A stretch of 63,395 nt of DNA, the filler included, from Octopus bimaculoides (lineage: Eukaryota), in NCBI RefSeq assembly GCF_001194135.2. It is 7 parts of 7 records of this genome, joined end to end, with 100 filler letters (N's around TTAATTAATTAA, not from the genome) between each part and the next. Parts side by side here need not be neighbours in the genome. Positions count along the whole stretch, not along the records: positions 52,655 to 63,395 come from NC_069002.1; 6 more parts are not named here. One strand, written 5' to 3'. This document shows, in pieces, positions 52,868 to 63,395 of this stretch. The notes under the pieces are model-generated. The model worked only from the letters and a program-made list of their open reading frames with translations, did not search any database and was not told where the DNA came from. Both the position numbers and the translations under genes were made by a program. The number at the start of each line of letters is the position of its first letter. Within the stretch, counting starts at the first letter, position 1.

Positions 52868-54939
52868 GCTGTATGAGTTCCTTTTAAATGTTTTGAGTGT
52901 CACATGAAGTGTGAGTAGATAATGTCACTGGGGTAAAAAGGAAAATAGCAAACACGATATAAGAAATTAGTGGAAGGTAGAATACGGCGAATTGATTTCT
53001 CGTTCGGCTTAAATGAGTTTTGTTATTTCAGACTAGCAGAATGAAAGTTTCGTTCGAAGAAAAAGCAATTAGTCTGTTAGTTCTTGTGTTATTTACATTT
53101 TCTGAGTGAAAATGAAATAATTTGTCTTGTTTATAAAGCGGGAATGGCCCAACGATTAGTGGTCTTTGATTACCCCGGAAAAATTGGTGAAAAAACAGGG
53201 AATGACCAAAACCTGACCACGGTTCATGCAGCTCGCTGCACAAGCAATTCCTAACTAGAACAATGTGTATGTGTATGTGCATGTGTGTGTGTGTGTGCAT
53301 GTGTGTGTGTGTGTGTGTGTGTGTGTAATGGAACTCATGGTTAAATTTCCATCTGTCTTACTTTCTCCTGAACATAATACCGACACAACTCGATAGCAAT
53401 GTCGTATGTTAAATACGTAAATTGGAGTAAAAATTGTTTAAAAGAAAGTCGATTCGTTTACTTGATGCTAAGAGAACAAAGTCCTGTAAAACAAACTCAA
53501 TAAAATAGATATAAAATAACGAGTAGAAACTCTTCTTTCTATTTTCTTTACTTATTTTATCCTGTAAGGTGATGGTGAATGTATCTTCGCATTTCAAATT
53601 TAATGTTTGCTCTCACTAGGCTTAACTAACCGATCTATCAAAGTCACAACCATTGAGAGTAAAAACCAGATAGCAGCCATTAGCATAAAACTGCAGACAA
53701 AAATTACCAAAAAACGGCTGAAGAAACGACAGCGAAAAGCAGCCATTAAAGAGAGAATTAACTTGATTACAGATTAGAAAATGTTGAAATCTCGCTGTGA
53801 GTAGAAAAGCGTTGTTACTGACACAGCAATAAGTAAAGAATAATTATAGAGACATATGTTGTTTTAGAGTAGAATAGTGTCGGAGCAATTGATAGCCTCT
53901 TTCTCCATATTTGTCACTGAGTCGCTAAACAGCTCAAAGTCATATGTTTCAGTTCTTTATTTCAGCTCGAGACAATTGATTTAACGTCCGAGCAATTCCT
54001 CGGAGACTAACACTTGACAATGTGTCGACGTATCCTATCCAATCATATCACCTTGGCGCATTCGCCATCCAATAATATATTTCTACAGTAGCCCAATGGG
54101 GCTATAAACATTAATAAACTAGTTGAAATCTTCAGCTTGCCAAAAGCGTGTCGTCAGGGCAAACTTTATGTATTTTTTATGATTTCATAAAAATCAAACA
54201 TATGGACCAGAACGTTATTTTAGCGTTTATTTCATTTTAAAGTTGCGAATATAGGATAGACAGCTTTCACTTTTGGATGAGAGATAATGCTTTGTGTAAT
54301 ACTAAATATAACTTTACATTTGAAGAGCTCGTTCAATAAGAGATGACAGTAACTTGTAGTATAAATCTTTTGATAATAAGGAAAATAATAGCAATAGATC
54401 TACAGGAAAATCTTGACTGAGAATTTCAAAATATTAGACCAGATATTAGACCTCGTTCAATATTTATTATTAAAACCACTCCACAGTCTGCAAATATGAG
54501 GAAGTAAATCTTCATAACTTTACTTCTCGAGTTAATTTAATGGACATGAATGTTACAATTACACATCTCAGATCATTCCATGTATAATTAACTGTACACA
54601 GAAAACAGACTGTAAATATTGACTGGAACAGACGATAAATTAATGTTATTTTGTCAGAGTAGTTGTCTTATAAATGATGACCTTTTTTTTGTATATGCTT
54701 TTTCCTCCCTTCAATATTCTTTTCATTTCGAATTCTTCAATGAATTTCGATTTAGTTTTCTCTGAAAATAGTCTTTAATTTGGATTATAATTCCATCAAA
54801 ATTAGGAAAGATCTAGATATGTAGATATGAACGAAGTCAATAATTGTATTTCATTTCAAATTCAAGTTATGTGTTGTGACGGTTGTTGTTACCACTCCTG
54901 ATGTTATTTGATGCAAAAGAACACAAGAGATATTCTCAC

Positions 54940-55080
54940 CAGTCTTATCTTTCCTGTGCTTCTGCTTTGGTTTTCGTCCAGTTGTGACCTCTTTCTATCT
55001 GGATTTTTTTCAAAGAATAACTGGGCCAACATCATACACTTTCTCTGGTATCTTGGAAGCTCTAATTTACTGCATTGCAT
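54940..55080 (-). CDS. Candidate first coding exon of PAPSS
   Basis: ATG-initiated 47-codon frame MQCSKLELPRYQRKCMMLAQLFFEKNPDRKRSQLDENQSRSTGKIRL ending at CTG|gtgag (phase 0). The basic RKRxxL patch resembles PAPSS N-termini, and a CACGTG E-box lies about 30 nt upstream. No strong homology, so assignment to PAPSS is inference. Confidence 0.35.
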
Positions 55081-55254
55081 ATTAGACGACTTTTAAGCAA
55101 GCAGCGAACCACGTGATTCAGTAATCATCATAAACTCCAGCATTGTTATTTTATTCATAATACAATACTGTCGTTATATCTCCAACCATCTCCCACAAAA
55201 TCATTCCAGTTAAACTTCAAGATTCTTCTTAAGCCATTGTTTCCAGGCATCTTC

Positions 55255-55477
55255 TTAATTACAGTTCTATATTTAAGAGATGAGGAATCATGTACATTAT
55301 TTACAATTGACGGATATCTGTCCTCATCTTGTTTGTTGTTAACACAACGTTTCGGTTGATATACCCTCCAGCTTACATCAGGTGTTTTGGGGAAATTTCG
55401 AACCTGGGTTCTCATTCCTAAGGTATTTTTCGATGTTGTTGTTGCTGTTGTTGTTGTTGTTATTGTTGTTGTTGTTG

Positions 55478-55546
<69 letters not shown>

Positions 55547-55610
55547 TCACTGCCTGGAATCGAACTCGGAACCTTGAGGTTAGTAGCCCGCGCTCTTAAC
55601 CACTACGTCA
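55255..55610 (-). mobile_element. tRNA-headed SINE with an internal (AAT/AAC)n tract and a Penelope-like, hammerhead-containing tail
   Basis: Minus strand: A-box-like tgacgtagtgg, B-box gagttcgattcc, (AAT)n/(AAC)n, then aacac-CTGATGT-aagctg-gagggtatat-caacc-GAAACGTT-gtgtt. Confidence 0.75.
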
Positions 55611-55754
55611 ATATATTTCCTCCTCAGATTCACACACTCTATGCAGCGTTGCTTCAGTTTTCCTAAGCCCAATAAAAGAACTCGGATGTTTGGGCCTCCA
55701 ACCAGGCCTTTCGCGACACCCTTAAAGCCAGGAACTTTTCAACACCCACTCGTA
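55608..55754 (-). mobile_element. Mariner-derived MITE (copy 2, truncated)
   Basis: The reverse complement (tacgagtgggtgttgaaaagttcctggctttaagggtgtcgcgaaaggcctggttggaggccc...aagcaacgctgcatagagtgtgtgaatctgag) aligns with 17587-17730. Confidence 0.75.
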
Positions 55755-56596
55755 TATATAAAGTGAATAAAGTTTATGGAGAGGTGAATGACTGTGTCAT
55801 TAGTAAAATAAACTTCAATAAGAAAGAAAGACAAGTGTTAGCATATATTTGAGTGTAGTTAAAATGTAATCCCTTCTCGAATGTTCCATGTCTTGCTATT
55901 AATCTTAGTAAGAATTCAACAGAAAAGAAAAAAATCTAATAAAACCATGCATAAGAACACACCAAAAACATAAAGAGAAAAGATTCACTAAATATTATAG
56001 AAGCAAATAAAGAAATATAAAATAAAGACGAAAACCAATAAAAATGTAATGTGAGGTGGGGGTATTAAAGATGGCGGAGGCAGGTAATACATTTTAATTT
56101 TCAATTACTAAATCCATTGGAAGCCATTTTGAGTTAAATGATGACATGATAATAGTTTAAAATTTATTAAATTAACATAGTTTTAATTAATCTGAATAGA
56201 GGAGTCACAGCAGTGGTCTTGCAGTGAAGAGTGACAGTAGCTTGGTAAATGGTGGCGGTGGGGGTTGATGTAGGGTAGTGGTGGTGATGTTGATGATGTT
56301 GGTGCAGAACAGTAGTAGTGGGGGGAGTTGGCGATGGTGATGGTGGAAGGTGGTGGTGGCGGTAATGCTGGTGGTAGAGGTGCGGGTGATGTTGGTGGTG
56401 GTGGTGTGTTAAATAGTGGTGTAATGATTGATGATGTTTAGCTTAAGAGTGGATGGGGAGTTGATATTGGTGGGGTGGGGGTTACGGTGAGGCTTCTGTG
56501 TTGGTGGTGGCGATCTCTTGACCGAAATAATATACACTACTCACATTTATTAGTGTGTATATATCTATATACATATATATGTATCTACACACACAT

Positions 56597-56691
<95 letters not shown>

Positions 56692-56692
<1 letters not shown>

Positions 56693-56920
56693 CGGTGAGC
56701 TGGCAGAAACGTTAGTACGCAGGGCGAAATGCTTAGCAGCATTTCGTCTGCCGCTACGTTCTGAGTTCAAATTCCGCCGAGGTCGACTTTGCCTTTCATC
56801 CTTTCGGGGTCGATTAAATAAGTACCAGTTACGCACTGGGGTCGATGTAATCGACTTAATCCGTTTGTCTATCCTTGTTTGTCCCCTCTGTGTGTAGCCC
56901 TTTGTGGGTAGTAAAGAAAT
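56692..56920 (+). mobile_element. tRNA-derived SINE family B, intact reference copy
   Basis: ggtgagctggcagaaacgttag...gagttcaaattccgccgaggtcgactttgcctttcatcctttcggggtcgat. Other copies at about 4195-4440, 33735-33930(-), 59990-60208(-), 62275-62460 and 57060-57140. Confidence 0.9.
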
Positions 56921-57267
56921 AACACGCACATACACATACACAGACACACACACCCATACACACGCACACACATGTATATATATATGAATAAACTGCCGAT
57001 ATTACAAGAACTGAGTAGTCTTTTTAACCAACGCCTCTACTGTTAAATATAATTATGTTATCGCCCTTGGATGGACGAAAGACGAAGTCAACATCAAAGC
57101 GATTTGAACTCAGAACGTAAAGATCCCTACCAAAATACCGCAGCATATTTTATTAACAGTTTTAAAGACATTTAGATGGGGACAGTAACACTAGATGTAA
57201 TTTGGTATAGTCCGGAAAATTTCCTCACACATCTGTGAATTCTTCCGCGACACTTTCCGTCTTCGTG

Positions 57268-57318
57268 TGTGCTCTTGCTACGCTTATTCCGTTCTGGAAT
57301 AAGCGGAGCAAGAGCACA
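57268..57318. repeat. 23-bp near-perfect inverted repeat with a 5-nt loop
   Basis: tgtgctcttgctacgcttattcc-gttct-ggaataagcggagcaagagcaca, one mismatch. Confidence 0.9.
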
Positions 57319-57499
57319 GCTGTGTGATGAAAGATTTCTGGACAATGGACATGAGTTAGAATAAGAACAGTAATAATTTCTCATATTTTCATATTTAATA
57401 TCATCCGCCTACGTTCTCAGTTCAAATCCTGGCATATAGATATATCACTAGTCATTTGTTCAGGGCCGCTAGATTATATATATGCATACCAGTAACTTG

Positions 57500-57875
57500 A
57501 ATGGAGGCGCAATAGGTTAGGGCAGCGGTTTCGCGGTCGTAGGATCACGGTTTCGATTCCCAGACCGGGTGTTGTGAGTGTTTATTGAGCGAAAACACCT
57601 AAAGTTCCACGAGGCTCCGGCAGGGGATGGTGGCGAACCCTGCTGCACCCTTTCACCACAACTTTCTCTCACTCTTTCTTCCTGTTTCTGTTGTACCTGT
57701 ATTTCAAAGGACCATCCTTGTCACACACTGTGTCACGCTGAATCTCCCCGAGAACTACGTTAAAGGTACACGTGTCTGTGGAGTGCTCAGCCACTTGCAC
57801 GTTAATTTCACGAGCAGGCTGTTCCGCTGATCAGATCAACTGGAACCCTCGTCGTCGTAACCGACGGTGTGCCAA
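57500..57875 (+). mobile_element. tRNA-derived SINE family C
   Basis: tggaggcgcaat...ggtttcgattcccagaccggg head. Its 3' part recurs inverted at about 50296-50400. Confidence 0.85.
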
Positions 57876-58483
57876 CCAACCAGTTACTTGTATATACATC
57901 GCATATGTTGATAACAGCATATACAGTTATCTACTTAGGTGATTTCATTCTTGTGTCTACCGCCAGGAAAGAATCACACACACAATATTCTTTAGAATTA
58001 ATTTACTGCAATGCAAAAGAAAATACGCATCTTCTTACCTTTGCATGTATACACGCACACACAACTAACATTGCATTGAACGGCTGGCGAACTTTCGCGC
58101 CAAAATAGTTGCCATGTGATTGGCTCACTTCAGGAAGGCGGTGGGTAAAACCTATTCGTGGAAGCGTGGTGACGAGAGGCGAATAATCGAGTGAATGAAT
58201 AAATAGATGTCTAATCTAGAACGGTTTGTCGTGCAACTTCTTTCTTCTTTTTCTTTCTCACCCAGAGGAAATGAACGACTGTAAATCAACGAGATCAGGA
58301 CGAGATTTGATTTGAGACCAATGAGATTTCTGATCAGTGTCAAGCAGCGAAGAGACGAAATTAAATCAAATCTTGCTTTCTTTCTGATTTACACATTTTC
58401 AATAAAAACAGGAGAACAGAGGAAATAAATCTCCGCTTACTTCAGACCAAGCTAGCGTTTTCAAGAAGTATAGCAAACACACG

Positions 58484-58552
<69 letters not shown>

Positions 58553-58656
58553 GTACATACATTCAAACGTACGTACAGCCATAAACGTTAACAGTCACAC
58601 AAACACGTATATGTTCCTATTGTGTGGATGTGTATGAGTATATGTAACATATATAT

Positions 58657-58693
<37 letters not shown>

Positions 58694-58933
58694 CTGATAT
58701 AATATATATATATATATATATACACATACATTTACATGTATGTATGTGTATGCATGCATGTGTGTGTGTGTGTGTGTGCGTGTGTATGCGTGCGTGTGTG
58801 TGTTCGTGTGTGTAATTACGGCTATATACATACCGTTACCTATATACATGCATCCATATAGATATACATATAAGTATCCATTTTTGTATATATTCCATAC
58901 GCACGCGTACATATTTTTGTATGTATATGTCTA

Positions 58934-58970
<37 letters not shown>

Positions 58971-59680
58971 TGTATAAGGGATTATTAATGACTTTCGCCT
59001 TCAGTCTCCGCTACTTAGTCTAACACTTTCACACAAACCTGAACAAATGTGTGTGCGTCTATGTAAGTATGTGTGTGTGTGCGCGTGTATGTGTGTATGA
59101 GTGTGTGCGCGCGCGCGCGTGCGTGTGTAGATGTCACATGATTGATCAACTTTTGCCCTGCTACAATTCTTTCCGTTTTTCTGTTTTTTCTTTGTTTTTT
59201 TTTTCCTTTTTCGTCTTTAAGTTCCGTAAACTTGTTCTCTCAATGTTCTATTAATACTTTCATTCTTTCCAGTCGTTCGCTTCCTCTGGCCTTAGACCTT
59301 TCTACTCTCACTCCTACCTTTACTTCCTCATATCCTATTAACCCACAAATCTTCCATCTCCTTCTTTAAAATATCCCCGTCTCCGCTACTTCTACATCAA
59401 ACACCTCTCGTTCCCTTTCCAAGTCGAATCAAATGTGTCACTTCTTCCTCGTTCATGGATATTCCCAACTATACTTGAACGCTGCTCTCCACCCATCCTG
59501 ATCCATTAGACGTTCTGCCACATATAGCCCACACAGTCGGCCACCCGGAATCCAGATATTCTTCCTCACGATTATTTCATTACACCCTCCCTCACACCTG
59601 CCTTTTTCTCTTCTCTGCTCCCACAAATATTCTTAGCTTTTCCGATCCTCTTCTCCAGTCATTCAAAAGAGCTATCAATG

Positions 59681-59737
59681 TCTAGACATGATATCAATAT
59701 CTAGACATGATATCAATATCTAGATATGATATCGATA
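59681..59737. repeat. 19-bp minisatellite, 3 copies
   Basis: tctagacatgatatcaata x2 followed by tctagatatgatatcgata. Confidence 0.9.
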
Positions 59738-62465
59738 TAAAGACATGATTTCTCTTTCTCCCAGAGTCTCAATATAACGTTTTCTACCCATTCCCGATCT
59801 TGAAATCTCATTTGTTTCCTCTTCCGTACAATGATTTCAATAATAGCAACGTGACCAACACCTCTGACTGCTCTCCCTTCCATCATAATGAACGGCACGA
59901 AGTACAACCTCTGTGGTTTTCTATATATCGTCAAAACGTATCTCCGCTTCGGTATCGAGGTTGCATGAGCATTTGAAGGTCATTAGTAATAATCCTTTCT
60001 ACTATAGGCACAAGGCCTGAAATCTAGGGGAGGAAGTTTGTTGATTATATCGATCCCAGTGATCCACTGGTTCTTATTTCATCGACCCCGAAAGGATAAA
60101 AGGCAAAGTCGACCTCGGCGGAATTTGAACTCAGAACGTAAGGACGGACGAAATGCCGCTAAACATTTTGCCCGGCATGCTAACGGTTCTGCCAGCTCAC
60201 CGCCCTTAGCCATTAGTAATAACCCCTAAGGGTTCCAGTTTGTTTTGTTCTCCAAAATGTGGCGTCTAATAAAACCCACAAACATAAAAATAAACTTTTC
60301 AAGCTGAGAACTTCGGTTACACAAGATCTGAACACACGCCCCAACTTCTAGTTTATCTCCTCAATCTGATCCACCCGTCCACCCTACAATAGGTTTTTTT
60401 GTCATTGTATGATGTCTGTATTTATGTTGTGCTCTGTGTGTGAGTTTGTCTATATTTATGTGAATATATCAGGTGTTCGCATGTGTGCACTTCCAATATA
60501 ATAAACGCGAAAACGAATTTCTGTGTGTCAGTGTGTCACACTTTGACCCCCTCTCTCACTACTCAATGACACTTCTACTATTCCTCGTGCTTGGGTGAGA
60601 GTAATAGTAGGCATAGAGACAGTGATGGTAGTGACGAAGACAGACAGTGAGAGAGAGAAGAAAATGAGAGGGAGAGAAAGAGACAAAGACATTTAGGGAG
60701 AGTTGATGATGTTTTATTAAAAGTAGTAGTGTTGATGGTGGCAGTGAGGGGAGAGAGGGAAAGATTGGGCATGCGAGAGAAAGAGGCCAGCATACTGAAC
60801 ACTATCATTTTTGTTTTATATTTTGCTTTCTTTAATATATATATANNNNNNNNNNATATATATAATACACTTTAATTGAAATAAAGTTTCCCCCAAAATA
60901 AACACTTTTAATATAATAAATGTGAAATGAAATGTGATCATCATTGGGATATGACTCTGGGGGAAGTAATTGCAACAAATTCTCCAGAACAAGTCTCTGT
61001 TTGCAGATCTTCCCATTCGGGGTCAATAGCTTATAAGCTATATACTAGCTTACAAGCCACCCTATCGGGCGGCATTTAAGCTGGTATGTACATACAAGAC
61101 ACTCACTATGTACTTGTATGATATTTTTTATTTGTTTACTTTGAATCCAGCTCCCCATCTTCTCCACTTCAGACATATGCAACTTATCTATTCAGTTGTC
61201 GACCACTCCTTACTGCTACCAAATATTTGGTAATAGCCATCAAAAGTAACGGTTTAATTTCTTTTTCATTTAACTAATTCTTAATCTATTTTCCTTCTTT
61301 AAACCCCCAGCACATACACACACATATAGGAGGAATTTCAACCATGTTTCGTGGTCTGCTACCACAACAGCTCCTTTATAGGATCCAGTTAGCTCAAGAC
61401 ATCATCAGGAGGAACCACGTCCGGTTTCGGCCCCTACTCCTCTACCATTTTGACGTGGCGCCCCCCCCCCCTTTGGGTGCATGTCTTCTTTCTTCTATTC
61501 CCTGGCCTCTTCGATGCAGCATCAACGAGTGTCAGTGTCCTCTCTATTTATTAATGCAATTTACCTCTAAAATGCTTTTCCTCCTGTTTTCTGCCTCTTT
61601 CACTGCAGCCACTACTTTCTCCTTCGACAAAAAAGACACGTGACATACCTTGGCTTTTTATAATATTAATTCTCGACTATTCCTTTCTAATCTTCGCTCT
61701 CTGCTAGCTTCCTCTACCATACAGTTCCCTTTCTCTATCCCACCTCTTTGTGTTCTGTGTCACAACGGGGAATAGTAAGATTTCACTTGGCTGGCGGAGA
61801 CATTAAACATTAAACATCAAATATGCTGCTCGGGGTGAGGAGGGCCAGGAGAAATCTGAGGCTCTTTTTTTCGAACTCCTTCAAAGTTTGGCAGCTAACT
61901 TCAACTTTGTGTCTTATTTCCACAAAACAGAATGGTAAAATAAAGAATCGCTTTCTCTCTGTTCTCATATTTTCAACGTAATCCATCAAATTCATTAATC
62001 CAGTAAGCTGGTAATCACACCCATAAATAACAAGACTTAATGCCAAATAGTTTCTATTTAGCGACTGTGAAATATAAAATAAAACTTATCAAATATCACT
62101 TTTGTTCTTAGTTTTTGTTTCATTGATTACGCTTATAGTAATTAGACTACTGCATAATTAACACACACACACGCGCATATTTATGTTTATATAGGAGTAT
62201 ATGCGTGGTGTGCTTACATACATAACTACATACTTTTCTACCTACTTACATATAAACATACATAGTATAGCATAGCGCGTCGAACAGAATGCTGATTGGC
62301 ATTTCTTCCGGTTCCATACGTTCTGAGTTTAACTACCACCGAGGTTAATTTTGCCTCTCATTCGTTCAGGGTCGATGAAGTAAAGTACCATTCAAGTACT
62401 GGGGTTGATATAATCGACTAACCCTACCCTCAATAATTGCTGGTCTTGAACCAAAATTTGAAACA

Positions 62466-62680
62466 TGTTGTTGTTGTTCTTCTTCTTTTTCTTCTTCTTC
62501 TTCTTCTTCTTCTTGTCTTCTTGTCTTCTTTTTCTTTTTCTTCTTCTTCTTCTTCTTCTTCTTCTTCTTCTTCTTCTTCATCTTCTTCTTCTTCTTATTA
62601 TTATTATTATTATTATTATTGTTGTTGTTATTGTTGTTGTTGTTGTTGTTATTATTATTATTATTATTATTATTGATATT
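62466..62680. repeat. Compound (TTG)(TTC)(TTA)(TTG)(TTA) microsatellite
   Basis: Successive TTN trinucleotide blocks. Confidence 0.95.
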
Positions 62681-62876
62681 ATTATTTATCAGTATGCTGC
62701 CACTTTGATTAGCTGGATAGGAGGCGAAGAGAAAGAGAGAGAAAGAGCAAGTAGAGTGTTAGCGGTGAGAGCTAGGAGAAAGGGAATATGTACGCAGTAT
62801 TGTTATTGACGTTGCCTTTTTAATCGCAGCTCAGCCTTGGTCAAACAAAGCAATAACCGTTATAGTAAGCACATAC

Positions 62877-63005
62877 CCTTAAAACGAACCCTTGCTCTAC
62901 GGTATAAGGAAAGAATGATACACTGTTGAATGGTACCTGAGATAAGGTTTGTCTGAAACAAACAGAGTAGGGATGTTCATGGCTCGAATGCAATTGTTTA
63001 CAGGC
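62877..63005 (-). CDS. Candidate symmetric internal exon of an unidentified gene
   Basis: ctctattccttcag acceptor, AGG|gtatgt donor, 129 nt, open only in phase 0 (ACKQLHSSHEHPYSVCFRQTLSQVPFNSVSFFPYTVEQGFVLR). No recognisable homology. Confidence 0.25.
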
Positions 63006-63213
63006 CTGAAGGAATAGAGCTGAAGCTGTTCTGACATCAACAACTACAACAATGACAACATCAAGACAGCACAACTACAACAACATAATTACAACGAAAA
63101 CAACAACAGCAAATTTCAACGACAATCACAACAAAACAACAAAACAATCACATCATCAAAAAGCGCAATAGTAACAACAACCACAATTAAAACAACAATA
63201 GCCAGCAATCCGT

Positions 63214-63380
63214 AGACGTAGGAGTGGCTGTGTGGTAAGTAGCTTGCTTACCAACCACATGGTCCCGGGTTCAGTCCCACTGCGTGGCACCTTGGGCAAG
63301 TGCCTTCTGCTATAGCCTCGGGCCGACCAAAGCCTTGTGAGTGGATTTGGTAGACGGAAACTGAAAGAAACCCGTCGTAT
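63214..63380 (+). mobile_element. SINE family A, young-looking 5' part
   Basis: gacgtaggagtggctgtgtggtaagtagcttgcttaccaaccacatggtcccgggttcagtcccactgcgtggcaccttgggcaag...cccgtcgtatata. Confidence 0.93.
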
Positions 63381-63395
63381 ATATATATATATATA

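Noticed and set aside
53361-53483. Minus-strand segment with good acceptor and donor
   Set aside because: Stops in all three frames and no PAPSS similarity; at most a non-coding exon.
55545-55610. tRNA-like sequence with A and B boxes (also the heads of the other SINE families)
   Set aside because: No complete cloverleaf acceptor stem, and it is fused to repeat bodies; these are SINE heads, not tRNA genes.
59300-59950. Possible degenerate LINE ORF2 fragments
   Set aside because: Composition is suggestive, but I could not recover a diagnostic motif.
1-63395. CRISPR array, rRNA or prokaryotic operon-type system
   Set aside because: No repeat-spacer array, rRNA-like sequence or gene-dense prokaryotic segment; the window is intron- and repeat-rich animal DNA.

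Overview
AT-rich, microsatellite-dense, gappy eukaryotic genomic DNA. The SINE families, (AT)n/(GT)n load and gap style suggest an octopus draft assembly; this is recognition from memory, not verified. Nearly all ORFs in the supplied track are microsatellite, gap or antisense-transposon artefacts. Real host coding sequence is sparse. Two well-supported minus-strand exons (40450-40588, 38491-38609) encode the APS-kinase half of PAPS synthase (PAPSS), with a candidate first exon at 54940-55080. The P-loop exons were not found upstream, and no ATP-sulfurylase exons were found in the 38 kb downstream. Between these exons, on the opposite strand, lies a phase-1/phase-1 exon (43547-43795) for an atypical Ig-like domain plus a 39-nt exon, suggesting a nested secreted or surface gene. 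An orphan signal-peptide exon (27763-27820, minus) has a compatible phase but the wrong orientation. Mobile DNA includes a decayed mariner and mariner MITEs, piggyBac-like (TTAA) MITEs, a Helitron helicase relic, a HINE-like element, and LINE fragments (CR1/Jockey-like RT, CRE, R4/Dong, RTE). It also includes a polyadenylated ORF1-only retroelement, several tRNA-derived SINE families (one copy with a twin-priming-type inversion) and Penelope-type hammerhead-ribozyme motifs, one inside a tRNA-headed SINE. No rRNA, bona fide tRNA or CRISPR array is supported. Repeat boundaries are approximate; exon boundaries were counted base by base.
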